Source: Vermamoeba vermiformis
Lineage: Eukaryota
Assembly (NCBI GenBank): GCA_045837725.1
Contig: JBEWZL010000278.1
Location: 1-64,000 of the forward strand
Reading direction: 5' to 3'
Length of the DNA stretch: 64,000 nucleotides
Position 1 is the first letter of the stretch. Every line of letters starts with the position of its first letter. This document shows, piece after piece, positions 47,814 to 62,379 of the stretch. Both the position numbers and the translations under genes were made by a program. The notes under the pieces were generated by a model. That model made no database searches. It had not been told where the DNA came from and was given only the letters and a program-made list of their open reading frames with translations.

Positions 47814-49955
47814 AGTATAGGACTGTTCAATATCTTGACGTTCTTCACAATGCTGACTAACACAAATCGGCCCATTTTCTTGGCTGGTTCTTGCACGAAT
47901 GGCACGGCGAAATCTCGCTCGATCTCCAGCGTTGCCTTGAATCGGTTCGAATGTATTCCTATTTTGGCAATCGATACCACTCGCACTGTCCTCTTTGCAA
48001 ACGAAGATCTGAACGGTCACGTAAGTATTTGTGCCAAATAAGGAAATATTTTGAACTTACGTTATGAGGGTGTATTTTTCGTTTGGGGTGATCACGTGGT
48101 AAGTATGCAACATGACGCGGAATTTCTTTAATTCTCCGATGGGATCTTCAACGGAAGATATCAACGCCCCCTAATTAAAGATCACATGTTAATGTTTTCA
48201 TGAAGCAAACGAACTTTTATGGATAAGACTTACTTCTTGTATTTGATCGACAGTATTTCCTTTTAAGGTAATCACAGCCCAATCAGAAGCACTAACACTG
48301 TCTACTATTCGTCCCTCTTGTTCGATGGACTCGACAGTTACTGCGTTACTTCCCACTGAAAGATTATCGCCAGTACGAATAACTCCGCTGTGAACGCAAA
48401 CAAACGTGATTATGCTCGTCATGGTCGTTCTCTATTATTAAATAAGTACATGATATTCATGAAATGACTACTGTTTTTTTTTGTTACGTACTTTGATGGT
48501 TCGAATAGCCGCTTTTAAATTTTTTTCGCTCCATGACTCTAACCTAGTAATACGCGCCTTCATATTAATATAACGGAAATAATAATGAACCCTAAATGGT
48601 ACTTGCCTCGTATTATATATTTCAGCGAGAATTTGTTGAATTGAGGGACCATTGTACCATGGCATCTTCTTCTCACTAGTATTGAATTCAGTGACCACAT
48701 TTTCGCCTGTTTTTCCGTTTACGGGTACAATGTAGTAATTAGGAACTCCATGCTATGAACACAAAACAAATGTTATAACAAATCTGACTATTGAAGCTAA
48801 CTATAATAATCCTAGTATTCCTAAGAGTATCGTATGTAGTATATTAAATTGCTTGTCGATTTTGATTTGTAACTAATTTCTGAAAGGAAAGCGGATGCAG
48901 GTAACTTACTCTGCTTAGCAGTGAGACTAAGAAGCTTCTGAACTTATTAAACATTGGCTGCGCGAATGATACTTCGTCTAATCGATTCACCGCTATAATT
49001 AACGTTCGATCTTGGGTCACTGCAAAGGCATGTAACGCCGATAATATTTTTGGGATCAGATCCACGATCGACATGCTATAAAATGATAAGATTGATTATT
49101 CATATAGTAAGTATATTACTTACGACTTGAAGACGTTTGGATTTACGCATAAAATTCCGACGCCGTACGCGCCCATCATTACACGAGAGAAATTTTCGTA
49201 TTTTGTATAAGAGACCGCGACATTGACTGGCAATGTATCCACTAATAATAAATCTGCTAGATCAGGTGCATTAGTCCTATACATTCCACCTTCTGAAATA
49301 TTCAGCCACCTAGAAATAAATGGGTTGGATGCGATTTACCATAAAAGGAAAGTTCTGTCCAGGACTTACTTGACCAGCTTTTTTAAGGATTGAGCCGTTT
49401 CTATTATTTTCATAGGTGTTGCTATTGAATTGGATGCGAGCCAATCGTTCAAATGAGCTCGCCAAAGAGAATCCGTCGAGCCAAGTTTTGAAAATGATTT
49501 GCAAACTGATAGACAACGGAGAAGATCACGTTTGTCCATAAAATAAAATACTAATTGTAATAGTTAATAAAAATACGATCCCTTCAATCTGATAAGCTTA
49601 CTCTTGTTCAAGATCTCGGTTGGAAGCGTGCCAAACGGAGACTGGCTCGTGCTTTGAAATTCACGCTCCCTATTTTAAATATATAATAAGTAAAATATAG
49701 ACGGAGGCAATAGAGATTGAGTCTGGCCGTTCCGGAAAATTGCAATTTTAATTTTATTCATGAATAATTAAATAGGCTTCGATTTTAATGGTCTTAATTT
49801 CATACTTACGATAACGTAATATTTTTTGGAATTATTATCTCTCCATTTGACTGGGCTTGATCTGATCTGGTCAATAAATTGAAAATCGTTGTTTTGCCTG
49901 ATCTGTTGGTGCCTACAATAACACAAACGAGCTTTTTGTGGCCAGTTTCTTCCAT
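47814..49955 (-). CDS. F-box/EF1A-like GTPase, right-arm copy, truncated by the gap
   Basis: Mirror of 45532-47713. Confidence 0.8.
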
Positions 49956-50091
49956 TTGTGTATCTCTATATTCAAAAAATAAAAGCAAGACGCCGAAATT
50001 TTGCGAGAGGCTTTGCCTAGCAAAATTTCCGCAACAAAATCAACTTTTACAATTTATTTACAATACAAGCACTATACTATAGCTCGAGTGA

Positions 50092-51675
50092 CTATTTATC
50101 ACCGTGCAAAGATGGTACGCGCTGAGTTCTTGATAAACCGACGCGCCTTCGGCTAGGTGATGGACCTAGGTTCATGCCGCTTGACTGCTCTCCGTTAGCT
50201 TCTAAAAATAGAAACGCAATTAATATACTATCATAGCCGGGACCTATTATCAATTTTTTCATTATAGGGAGAAGAAGACTTACTTGATAGACCAGGCTTT
50301 TTCGGTGAACTGGTGCTGACGATCGGCTTCGATTGTGCAGCTGAGGTTGAAGCGGGCATAGCTGGTTTGGCTAAATAGTAACATTAGAACATATTATTAC
50401 AATAATAATTAATCTTACGCTTAATTGGCGTGGAAGGACCGGATGTGACTTCTTCATCGCTTTCATTTTTCTTCTTTGGAGGCGATGAATTGCCATTTGC
50501 GCTAGCTGCTGTCTGCTTATTTCCACCATATTGATTATTTGCTTCGCTAGTAATTAAAGCTCTCTTATCTCGTTTCGTTTCAATCGCTGGTTGGTTGGAT
50601 GTCGAGACGGATCTGTCCTCTTCTTCATCACTTTCTATTGACGGTTCTTTTTTCTTAGAAGTGCTACTGCTATTATTGACTTCTTTAATAGCCACTTCTT
50701 TCACTGGCGCTGTTTGTGGCTTTCTTTCTGGAACAATTTCTTTGACTGGTTCAATTACGACTGAAACAGGCTTTGGTTTTGGAACTTCTTCTTTTCGTGT
50801 TGAAGTCGACTCTGATATTGACACGTCATCGTCTTTATTACGCTTTGCTCGCTTTGTGGGTGCTTTCTTTTCTTTGGGCTCCGCCTTTCGTTTCTTTGAC
50901 TTGGATCTTTCTTCTTCAAACCCAAAATCAGCGTCATATTCGCCATCAGCTAAATGAAATTAATATACCATTCGTTAATAGAATTAGTAATAATTACCTT
51001 CACCGCTAAAATCATCGTCGCTATCGATGATCCGTTTCTTCGGTGGTGTTCGTTCACGCTTTGTCGGTTGCTCTAAATCGAAATAATTTAGGTTAATTTT
51101 TAAAATAAATACTACAACGTAAATAAGCAATAAAAGGGCTGCTGGTTGTTTCCCGCGCGAATTGCACGGCACGAATTTCCAGAAAATTTAAAAAAATAAC
51201 GAATTAATTTCTACTTACTTTCTACAACCGGTTCACGAGGTGATAATTCTTTAGCTGGGGCAGGTGATGGTCGTACGGTTTGTCCGCCAATTTTAGGCAA
51301 ATTTCTAAATGTTACTACCGGTTCGTTATCGTCTTCCTCTAAATTTATAACTTCATCGTCATCAATTACGTTCTTTTTCTTGGGTTTAATAATTTCTGGA
51401 ATTTTTTGCGCAATATTATTGATTATTCTCCGACCGAGATCAAAGTCGTCGGCATCTCGATCTTCAACTAGCACAACGTCGTCATCGTTATCGTCAATAA
51501 TAACGCTCGCAGGTTTTTTATTATTTTCTTTTTTCTTGCTGGGTTCACGTTTCTTAGGCCTAACTTCGTCGTCCTCTGCATCCTCACCGCTTAGATCTAA
51601 AGCGTCTTCATCTTCACCGTCGCCAAAAGCAGCATAATCAACCTGCTTGCTGGCTCTTCGTGGTGTTCGTGACAT
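50092..51675 (-). CDS. RAD51AP1/NUCKS-family-like protein, right-arm copy
   Basis: Mirror of 43790-45395 with small in-frame indels (KKREKREPS vs KKREPS; DSDSDDDF vs DSDDDF). Confidence 0.7.
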
Positions 51676-52091
51676 GCGTAGATTTTAATTAACAGAATTA
51701 TTTTTTCTCCCGATCAAAATGCCAAAAAATCAAAATTAATAGTTAAATTGAACCGGACGCAAAAGAAAAGAATCAATTAATTTTCTACCCGGTTGGGGCG
51801 CTACTAGGAAACGGATCAAGATCGTAAGCTCGTGAAGCTTCACCTTTGTGGATGTAGCACGTCCCATGTATCAATTTTCTCCTCCCTAAAGCTCAGTACC
51901 GTTCATGGAACGCAGTGCGTGGTCATCTTGTACCATGTGATTTATCGAATGGGACTTTAGATTAATTAAAGAACTCCGCGAATCACCTCGACAAACTGTC
52001 GATTTGACAAAAAAGGCAGAAAGGAAAATTACAAGTTTCGGTCACAAGCTTTTTGTCCCGTGATTCAAATAGTGTAACATACAAGAAACTT

Positions 52092-54621
52092 ATGTTTGCC
52101 AACAAAATATTCTATGTATCTGGAGAAATTGCAGATGCTCATAAGCTTCAACAAGTGTTAGTCGAGAACGGCGGCAAGATCTGTGCAACTCCAACTTTTT
52201 TGAGCGGACTCAATCAACTCGTTCAAAAAGAAGGGTGCATCAATGATTACATACCGCTCGAAGCAGAAGAACACGCAATTTTTGTAGTGGTGGACAGATT
52301 TGAGGGAGTACGTGGCAACGAATGCAGAAATTAGTGATTTTAAGCGCGCGTATCCGATTATCATGTATCTATTAATTTTATTTTTAGATTCATATCGAAA
52401 GTCTATTACTCAGTTTTCCAAGTAGTGGCTTTTCGATCAAATTTATTAAATTTTAAATATTAATTCAATCGATTAGCTCTCTATTTATACGCAAATTAAG
52501 CGCTTATTTAGTATTGACTATCACTCTACCGCGAGAGGAAAATGTTCTCGAGCGTTAAATTGCTTACAATTTATTGCGGTACTAACTTTCTTTGGATTTG
52601 CAAGGACTCGTTCCACCAGCTGTGCGAGAAGAATGGCGCTCATATTATTGGCAAGTACACTCAATTAACGATATGCACAGAAAAAATAGTTTCTAACGGT
52701 CTTTTGTAGGTGTACGCTGCATCTACGAATCTGTTCGCGATCGAAAACCGATTCCAGAAGGCAAAGAACATTACCCTTTATATTCTAGATTATTAGAAGG
52801 ATGTAAATTCGGATGTTCCTCAATGAATAGCAACAAAAAGGTATGTACCTTGCGTACGAGACCAATCTGCCGAAAACATCCACAAATTCCATGATAATTC
52901 CTTACGTGACCCTTGATCAATTTAGCAAATTTAACCTACTCATATTAATCACCAAAGATACCCTAATTTGTTTCGTACCGAGAATCAGTCCCCTTTGTGA
53001 GCGACTGAACCGTCCCAAATTTCTCGATCGATTGGACTTTAGCGCTTAGCTCGCGGAACTGACCGCCCTTATATAGGAAAATACAATCAAGGTCATCAAG
53101 TACATGCATGGCGAAGTTACCGAAGAAATTAACAGCGAAACTACTGCCTTGATCGCTACACGAGTGGGATCGATCAAGTATCGCGTAAGTAACTTTACTA
53201 TAGCATGATAAGATGTTTTGGATTATACTCAATCGCTTACTATACTGCCTCATAAGTCTATTAAATTCAGGATCCCAAATTTAATTCGTTGCTAAATTTC
53301 GCTCGGTTCTTCGTGGTGTTCTAAACTGTCCCAAATTATCGATACAGTTCCGCACCTCGTGCTAATTCATGCAATGCACCTATTAATATTTCTCTACGAT
53401 ACAGCTGGCCTTAACTTCCAAAATTCCAATTCTGGATCCTGCTTGGGTTTTCAAGTGCTGGTCTACTCAAACGCTTATGCCGATGGATGACTACAAATTG
53501 GCTCCTTTTACTGGCTGCGTAATCTCCGTGACGGGATTGAGCCTAGGTATGGGACAGGACTGATTTTGCGGTCCTTTGGACGTTGTGAATCAAAAGGCGC
53601 ACCTGTGTACATGTTACCGGACTTAATGGCCTCATCGGTCACAATTAGTCCCAAAAATCACAACGTACTTTAGGGCACATTAATTATACGCATACATATA
53701 TAGTGTTGGCTACATAGTACTAATTCAACGTTTTAGTCACGAGACAGGAGGTCCAGAGATTGATTTCTCTCAACGGCGGAGAATACTCGCCGAATTTGAC
53801 TAAGCGATGCACTCACTTGATCGCAAAGGTACGTGCCATGTTAATGCTGCTTAATTGAGAGCTAAGCCAATTGATTTTTAAAGAACGCATCTGGATTAAA
53901 ATTTTTGTACGCGATGGAGTGGGGCATCTATTGTGTTGGCTTAGAATGGTTCCTGGAGAGCATTAACTATCAAGTAAGCGAGTCTTAAGTCAAATTGAAT
54001 CAAAGGAGACCAAAAATCTAATCGTTTCAAAAGGGTTGCGTCGACGAGACAAGATACTTTTTGCCTATTGACGACGAGGCCAAACAAAAGCTGCTTACTC
54101 CTTCTATTAAAGATATTAATAGGTACGTTGCAAAATTGCATTTCTATAATTACCTTTTTGAATTTGAATTGCCAAATCTTGCGGCGGAAGTTCAATTTGT
54201 GCGCGTACTAATGTCCCCTTTTAGACTCACACCAACACTACGACGTCGATATTTGGCTCAATTTAGACGGCGCGTGATCATTAAGCGACCTGATAGTTCA
54301 TCCTCATCGAGCCTTAGCAAGGCCATGATACCGCTCAGTCAACTTTTGTTCCAAAGACAACTTCCGTCCCTATCTTTCAATGCTGCCACAACCATTCGCA
54401 ATTCTTTCCCTTCACTACCACAACCTTCCTTCATGCCACGATTAGATGACGATGACGCCATGACAGACGATGATAATGAAGAGTTGGACGATTTGATGAA
54501 AACCGAGGTCAACATTAGAGACACGAGTTCAACTTTTGGAAGTTCTGTTTTGCCACAATTCGACGGAGTAGACATTCGAAAGTTCGTCGAGGCCTTGGCA
54601 AGCAATCATCTGAGTAAGTAG
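52092..54621 (+). CDS. BRCT-repeat protein (TopBP1/ECT2 BRCT0-1-2 type), complete right-arm allele
   Basis: MFANKIFYVSG...VENGGKI, GSIKYR/LALTSKIPILDPAWVFKCW, FTGCVISVTGL...NGGEYSPNLTKRCTHLIAK and GLKFLYAMEWGIYCVGLEWFLESI. The 3' end may extend to about 54696. Confidence 0.8.
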
Positions 54622-54741
54622 AATTCTTCTATGGAAAATTCGTGCGAAATTAAGCCAGATGCGTTTTGGATCAAAAATTGAATTCAGCTATATAAGTTAA
54701 AAATTCGTAAAATATGTTATTATTTTTGAAATACAACTCTA

Positions 54742-55053
54742 ATGCAAACGAATTCGCGAGTACTAACGAACATGAATAATTCAGATGCGGATGTTGAACG
54801 AATGATCGCCGCTTGCGATGAAGTGATCAAGTACTACAGCGAATTAAGCAAGAAAGAAGATATTGCTCCTCTTCTCGAGTTTATTAACCAACAAATTGAA
54901 CTCTTGAGACAACAAGACGAAGAATCTACCTCGGCGAACAACGAGCCTAACGAAATCACAAACGAGACTAGTAATCAAGCTGCTGCTCTCTCTAGCGATG
55001 CTGGCACTAGCGACGACGAGTGCAGCAAGATGGTCGATATTATTGACAAGTAA
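54742..55053 (+). CDS. Small acidic hypothetical protein (103 aa), right arm
   Basis: Mirror of 41043-41354. Confidence 0.5.
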   Translation: MQTNSRVLTNMNNSDADVERMIAACDEVIKYYSELSKKEDIAPLLEFINQQIELLRQQDEESTSANNEPNEITNETSNQAAALSSDAGTSDDECSKMVDIIDK

Positions 55054-55439
55054 TAATAACTGGCAATAAGATCGATTGTCGAAAAGATACGCGGATGCAC
55101 CAACCACATCCGCGGATCCTGTACAACACTGGTATTTTGAACATATTTTATTTATTAGCGCCAGAACCTGGGTTTCGATCACGATTGTATAATTTGTAAA
55201 TAAACCAAAGTGAGTGAGAAACTTAACAGCAAAATCGGATCTTTCTCCATTCATTTGCTCGAAAAAAGATTTGCTCCTTGTAGATATCTAGATATTCTAG
55301 AATATAAACCACGTATCTACAGTTAATATTTTGATATCTCACCCGTTTTATTTGAATATTTTTGCGGCAAGTCAAAACCCGCAAAACCGACCAATTTTAC
55401 CTGGTGTCTCAAATTGAATTCAAATGTAATTGATATACA

Positions 55440-58400
55440 ATGGCGGAGCATAAACGAGGACAGTAAGACCAATTTCCCTCAAGTTTGCCTTGGCAATTCC
55501 AATTTCTGACTTTTCAATTAATTTCAGATCGCTTCGCGTGTCGAAAAATTCGACGATAAAGGGAAAGAAGAATATTCTTAAACAGGGGTTCCATGATGGA
55601 GTTAAATGGTACGTTACTAATTCACAATTTAATTGAAAAATTATTCAAAAATATTTTTGTCCGTCTGCAATTCAATTAAAGGCCTATTATACATCTAAAT
55701 GTTATTTAATTAATTTATTTTAAATTTTGATCACGTTGCTGTCAAGATTGAATTTCATTGTATTTTGACAGATCAACTTACCGCTAATTCTACAGGAGCG
55801 TGCATTCAGCACAAAAAATTCTTGGCCCTTTATTAAATCGTAGCAAGGTTAAGGATAATGTAGCTAAAAAGAAGGAAGAAGGACAAATTAGAATCAGAAA
55901 CGCAGTATCGCGAAGGAAAATCGCTAGTATATTTAATCGTCCTGAAGAATTAGAACGGCCAAAGGATACTAATGAGAATAATAATAACGCGAATAAGAAG
56001 CAAAATATTTTTAAAGAACGGTTAGCGCAAGAAATTGACGAGTTCAATACCTACGAGGTTAAAACTCCCGATGACCTGCTAGAAGTAAGTCAATGCCTTT
56101 CAAATACCATATATAATACAATTTGATCATTTAATAAGTTTAATTAGAAATCTAAACCTTTCCCTATTTAGCAAGTTTTCGTACTGACCTAGATCCATGA
56201 ACAGATAACGTTTGAAAGGGCCGTTCATTGCTTAATATACCCCTTTGGCCACGTCAAATCAGAATATAAACTCGAACTCAGCAAGCTCGAGCAATACTTC
56301 AAATTTTCTGATCCTAATCGCGGATCCCAGATTATTTTCGCTCTCAAGACGTTTGGTGGTACTGACGTAAGTCTATATATACTCGACGATGTAGAGGTTA
56401 ATCTAGTTGTAGTATCGAATCAATCAATTGCAAGAAGAGCTGAAACAAGTCATGGACAAAAAAGGACCGTTTAACAAAGAAGACTTTAACGTAAGCTATT
56501 GCCATATTTATGCGAAATTAATTATATTAATGCCAATTTTTATTAGGATGAACAAGCGTTTTATAACTGGAGGTCGTTACAACAAAAACGAGCGGATAAT
56601 GAAACTCAAGCTGCGAAAAATCCAGCGAATGTTTGTACTTACCAAGCGCTATCGCCTCAATGCGTAGGAAGATTATTTATAGGAGTACTTGAAGGCAAGA
56701 AACTCTTGAAAGACGATACTTTGGGCAATTTATTTGTCATGGTCAAATACGACAAATCAAAAACCAAAACTACGATGACTTCGCAAGGTCCTAAGGCTAA
56801 ATGGAACGAAGAAAAATATTTGTAAGTATTTTATGTCCTATTAACGCCAATACTATAATTTTTATCAATTTTATTTTTCGTTACAAAAAAATTTCTAATT
56901 TTGTTTTGTATAGCGACGTTCCAGTAGACAGGGCAGATAAAGATATAATAGTTAAGGTCTATACAACGGATCACAATTTCATTGGCGTTCAAACGAAGAC
57001 CAAAGTGGCCGAGCTCAATATTCCAGTACGAAATTTTCTATTTAATTAAGCGTGCGATTATAGGCCTAATAAGTTAAATTAAATCATCTAGAGCTCCAAG
57101 TGGCGTGACCAACCATCGCCACAGATTGAGTGGTTCTCGTTGAAATCACCAAAAGTAAGACCGATCGGATCTCACTTCAATTGAATCTGCTTAATCGAGA
57201 TCTAATATATTCAATAGAGTCCTGAAGCCAAGTTGAAGCTTCAAATAGTATTTATTTCGCAATCTCATGTTAATGACTTGCCGACACGGAGATTTAAAGA
57301 CGTGCCAACTAGCATAAAAGTATATCAGTAAGTACGCCTCAAAGTGATTCGTCGATTTATAGACTAATTGATTCTCAATATAGGACACTATTAGAACAAA
57401 TAATAGGAGTTTCAAGTTATGCACAAAAGAGAAAAATTAACTTGATCAATACCGTCGAGATGCAGGGCTACATCGATCAATTTTGCAGTTATTATGGTAT
57501 TCCTAAGAGTTATCAGCACTTGACGTAGGTTTCATATGCCAACTTCCATATAAGGAAATCATCAACGGAAACATGTTTTTTTGAGAATACGGATCCACGA
57601 GTCTTTTATGGATATCTTGTATCAATTTCCTTTTTAGGTATCTGGACTATCTTTTGACGTACGTCACTGAAGATCGAGCGCATTTATCGAATATGTTCGA
57701 GTCATTGGTCAATTTAAAGAAATTTTCGTTCAAAACCAAGAACGAAGCTAAACGCTTGGAAGACACGCAAAATAGATTGAAATTATATTGCGAGAACGCT
57801 ATTCAGAGCTGCACGAAGCTATTCCCGAACAATGACGCGGATTACGGCTTTGATTTTGTGATCAAAATGTTCACGTTTTTGTTCCCAAACAACTACGCTA
57901 ATCTTATCAGAGACAATACTGTGGTACGTACAACTTTTTTGCTTTATTTTTGAAAAGCGGAAATTTCAATTTTTTCTTGTCACCAAGTTTTTTTTGCATT
58001 CTTTTCGACTTTAATCTAGCACTGAAGATCCGTAGTATATACTGAAATTTCGCTAATTTTATCATTTGCAGGTGATGTGCAAGTTGACATATGACTTGTT
58101 AGGTCCGTTAAAAGCCCTGGCAGCACAAGATCAGACCGGCCGCAAAAAAAGCAACGCGAAAGATCAACCAGGGCCACAAGCTCCGTTAGTCCCTGATATG
58201 TTCGTCGAGCCTAAAAACGATAAAACGAAGCAGCCGCCGCGCCCTTCAGTAGTGACACGTGAAGTGTTCCAATTGGCGGGAAATGTTGCTCATCAAGTTC
58301 ACCCTGTTTCAACGCCTGTCAGTCCTTCACTAAGTCCTGAACCGAAGTACAGTTGCGTTGACATGATTGCGATTGTTGAGGGCCTTATGGAGTTTGTCGA

Positions 58401-60299
58401 TGAATACGATTTCTTCTTCGACAAAGCCTTTCCAAAGTACGTCAAGCACCCTTTCCAAATTTAGAAAAGTCAGAAAAATACATCTATCTCAATAAGTTAT
58501 TTCGATTTATTAATCACTTTTGTACATTAGGGAGGTCGATATTGTTTGCACGGTAATCAACGCCTGTTACGACTCGCTCGAAGCAGATCTGAAAGATTTT
58601 TTCACGCTGACTAAGCATTCGAGAGATCTCGAGACTATTAGCGTCATCGATGTATTCACCGCGACTAAGAAGCTGTTCGACAGTTGGATTAAGCGTGAAC
58701 AACGGTACGTTATGATACTTTGACCTGTCAAGATGTCACATTTTCTGACATGTGTTTCTAGTGTCTCAGATTTCCCTCTTTACTCTTACGCTGTTAGTTA
58801 CGTAGCACTTTGGTTAGAAGAGCTCAAGACTAAGTTGCGCGAATGGACCATGAATGCGCGTGAGTTGGACAAGTGGGAAAAGATCAGCAAAGACTCACCA
58901 CATTCGTCGTCGTGTTTGGACTTAATGATGGCGTGTTCTCAAACAGTGGAGTTCTTAGAAGAGCTTTTCAGTGAATGGGACGATAACTCCGTACTTCTAT
59001 TACTGCAACATTACGGCACTGTAAGTCAACCTAAACTTGTTTTGACAGGTGTCACTTTTTTTTGACATTTCTGTCATTTAGGTGATCGGCAAAGTGTCAT
59101 TTTCATATGCTGAAAGTATGAAAAGATTTTTTTGCTTGGAACTTGGTGTCACCGAAGAGACCATCAACAACCTCGACAAAATGCTGTATGATCCGACCTT
59201 CCAAGTCTTCCCGAAGAAATTTGACTTTAAAATCTCCGAGAAGGTGCGTATTTTATACTATTCATATAATTCATTCACTTATTTTTGAATCACAGGCTTG
59301 TATCAAATTGAATAATGTCGAGGCCTGTCGTGCCTATCTCAACGAACTTGTTGGAGACCAGATTTATCCGATCTACAAATCGCTTATACCCAAGTTTAAG
59401 GACGAAGAGCGACAGGTTCTCAGCTCCGAAGATTATATTTCTGAGAATTTCACAGAGTTCTTCAAGTCGATGAAGAAGACCCAGAACGAAATGATCGACA
59501 TCATAATTTTAGGCGTAAGTTTATTTTTATGTCATTTAAATGTCTCTTCTGGAGTTAATTATCATATAGATGAGTAATACTATAAGATTGAACTTGTTGA
59601 ATGTGTTTGGATACGTCATTAAGGATGAAAATCGATTGAGTTCGGCGTGGAAAAATATCAGCCCGAGGAAACAAGGACCAAAGGACAAACAAATGGAAGA
59701 TTATTTAGAAGAGCAATTAGAGCCGTTATTCAACTATTTGAACGAACACTTGAAGATTATGACGGATAATATGTACCACGAATTATTTTTGCGGTTGTTG
59801 CGACAGATCTGGCTTCACATTCTCGACATTATTTACAAAGTATTATTAATAGACGATGAAAAGAATAAGCCTAGTAGTTTGCAAATTGAAATCATTCGCG
59901 GATTGTATCAGGTACGTGAAATTTCATCGTTCACTGAAAAATACTTTTACTAATCTTTGCATCTATTTTAGCCGATGAAGAGTAAGCGTAGCGATATGAT
60001 TTGTAAATATTATGACTAATGAATATACAGAGTTCTTCTATGCTGACGGCGAAGGTCTCAAACCTCGGATCATGGATCGAGATCTGACAAAACAAATCGT
60101 TATATTAGATTGCTATTCAAAACCGACTAAAGAAGTAATTGCAGAATTAGAACGCGAAGAGAATTCGCCGAAGAATTCTTCGTTGAATGAGTTGAACAAT
60201 CGCGAAACGAATGTCTACAATATGTTGTTCCAGTTATTAGTCTCACGCAAAAAAGACAAAGAAGCGTTAACTTATTTGGGAATCAAAAAGAAAAAATAA
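55440..60299 (+). CDS. Munc13/BAIAP3-like protein, right arm
   Basis: Mirror of 35827-40663. The first exons splice in frame as MAEHKRGQ/SLRVSK...GVKW/SVHSAQK. Confidence 0.8.
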
Positions 60300-60400
60300 A
60301 TTGCTCTGTAATTATATAAATTTGTAATAATTAATTTTCAATTTTAAGTGCAGATCAAACACGGCGCCCGAAAATAAAAAAGTGATAATTTCATATTTAT

Positions 60401-62058
60401 TTATTGAAATACTCCCCATCCATGTAACTCTAGTTGATTCCTCTTATAATAATCGCCATAAATCGGAGAATACTGTCCTTCCATGTAGATGACTTTAGTG
60501 AACGTGTTGAACCAATATTTGCAGACCAATGAGAGCACCATTAATTGCATATATTTTTTATTAAAATGATGCGGAGGTCGGTCACACATTCGAAATATTT
60601 TGGTCAATAGTTCCGGCAAAAATAATATTGATGTTTCGATTGATCCAGAATAAGCGTCCATATTAATTTTTTCGAATGAAATTCCATATTTAGGCATTAA
60701 TTTGATTGTTTTTTTGCCATTAAATTCCTTCAAAATGAAATCGCCTTTAATCTTCTCTCGCTCAAGCAAAAATTTTCCGCTACGAGTCAAATAAAGCAAA
60801 CTGTTGTACTTCTGTGACCGCATTACCAATGTCTTGCTAAAGTGTTCCATTCCAAGAAATTTTTCTCGTTTTTTAAATTCAAATCGGTGGACCTTGCCAA
60901 CCACTTCTTGAAAGGATCTAGTGTCTTTAATATGCAACTGCCATTCGACCACCGTATCCTTAGTCAGCTTATCGTATACTTCGTCTTCAAATGATACGGC
61001 AAGTTTTCCGGAATAATCATTCCAAATGTTGTGCGTAACAGTAATTTCAGTTTCATCCGGAAACTTGATCCGCAAGGTTGCGTTAATCCTTTTAAAATAG
61101 CATTATTAATAAAGCGATATTATTATATTAATAATTTAATCATACTCGTTAAGCCAGGGTTTCATTGAAAATTGAAAAGTCAACGCAGCGTCGAACAAAT
61201 AATAATCAGCAGGTTCAATCGAATCCGCAAAAGTTTGATGATCGGCGATAGTTATTGTAGGACTATATTCGCTTTCAAATAGATCTTTGATAAAGAGTTT
61301 CGCTTTGACTTCATAAGCGGCATCTGCATCCAAGACGATTCTTATTTTCCTTATAGGAGTCAGAAATCAAATTCATAATAATAAAATATTACTTATGAGG
61401 GTGATCTGAGACGGATCTATAAGAAAATAGCGTTAGCCTAGAGCATTGAAAATTATTTTACGTAGGTAAGATCCACCTACATTTTCCATTCTTCAGTATT
61501 AAGCTTTCTGTAAGCTATTGCCGTAGGCATGCGCTCATATATCTCTGGTAGGCGAAGAGTAACCAGAAACGAATTATTTGTCTTGCATCGTAATAGATGT
61601 GGCAGTTTGCCGTTGGTTGTTAGAAAGGAAACGCAATCTGCACCAGATTTAGCTTATATCGAAATGTTAAATGAGTTGTACTTACACTTATGAGCGCCTC
61701 CTTCGGTGTTTACCTTATATTGACCCTTGGGTGGATTTTTAAAGATCCAAGCCCGACGAAAATTATCTCCAATATTTTTCCCGTGAGCTAAAAATTAGTT
61801 AAAATTCGTATTATTATATAATTAATTTATTCTAAGAAACTTACGTGCAAAATCTTCGCCTGTATCGACATGTATGAACGAATATTTTTCAACGTAAAAC
61901 GCATCCCACATTTCCAGGCGTAGTAATAATATTTCGTTTTCTTTGATGGTATAATCTACATCAATATAATACTCGTAACATTTACCAGATGGTGAAATTG
62001 AAGTTGCTTCGAGTATCCTCGTCTCAGGCACGATCTCTTTCCATTCGTATACGCTCAT
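60401..62058 (-). CDS. Hypothetical protein with C-terminal F-box-like motif, right arm
   Basis: Mirror of 34071-35736. Confidence 0.7.
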
Positions 62059-62379
62059 GTTTCCAAGCAAATCCAATATCAAAATTGCTTGAAGCAATAA
62101 ACAATAGTGGTTTTTCTTAAATTTAAATTGTAATTAATTACCTACGCTTCGGACAGTTCACAACCGTTTTTTTTCACTTTTTTCAACTGTCTTCCTTATT
62201 TAGCTTATTTAGCTATCTAATCCATGACCTGAATAACTCAAAGAAGACCGTAGCTTTCTTCAGATTGACAGTTGCTAAAAAAGGCAAGCTCAACGAAAGC
62301 ACGTGCTTATCAGATAAAAAGACTAGTTACGTTGTTAGAGTTAATTAGCTAAATAGTGTATCGAAGTGAACACCACGTA

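Noticed and set aside
60355-60372. Single AACACGGC present only in the right arm between two convergent genes
   Set aside because: One isolated copy at 3' ends, not in a promoter position; may be chance.
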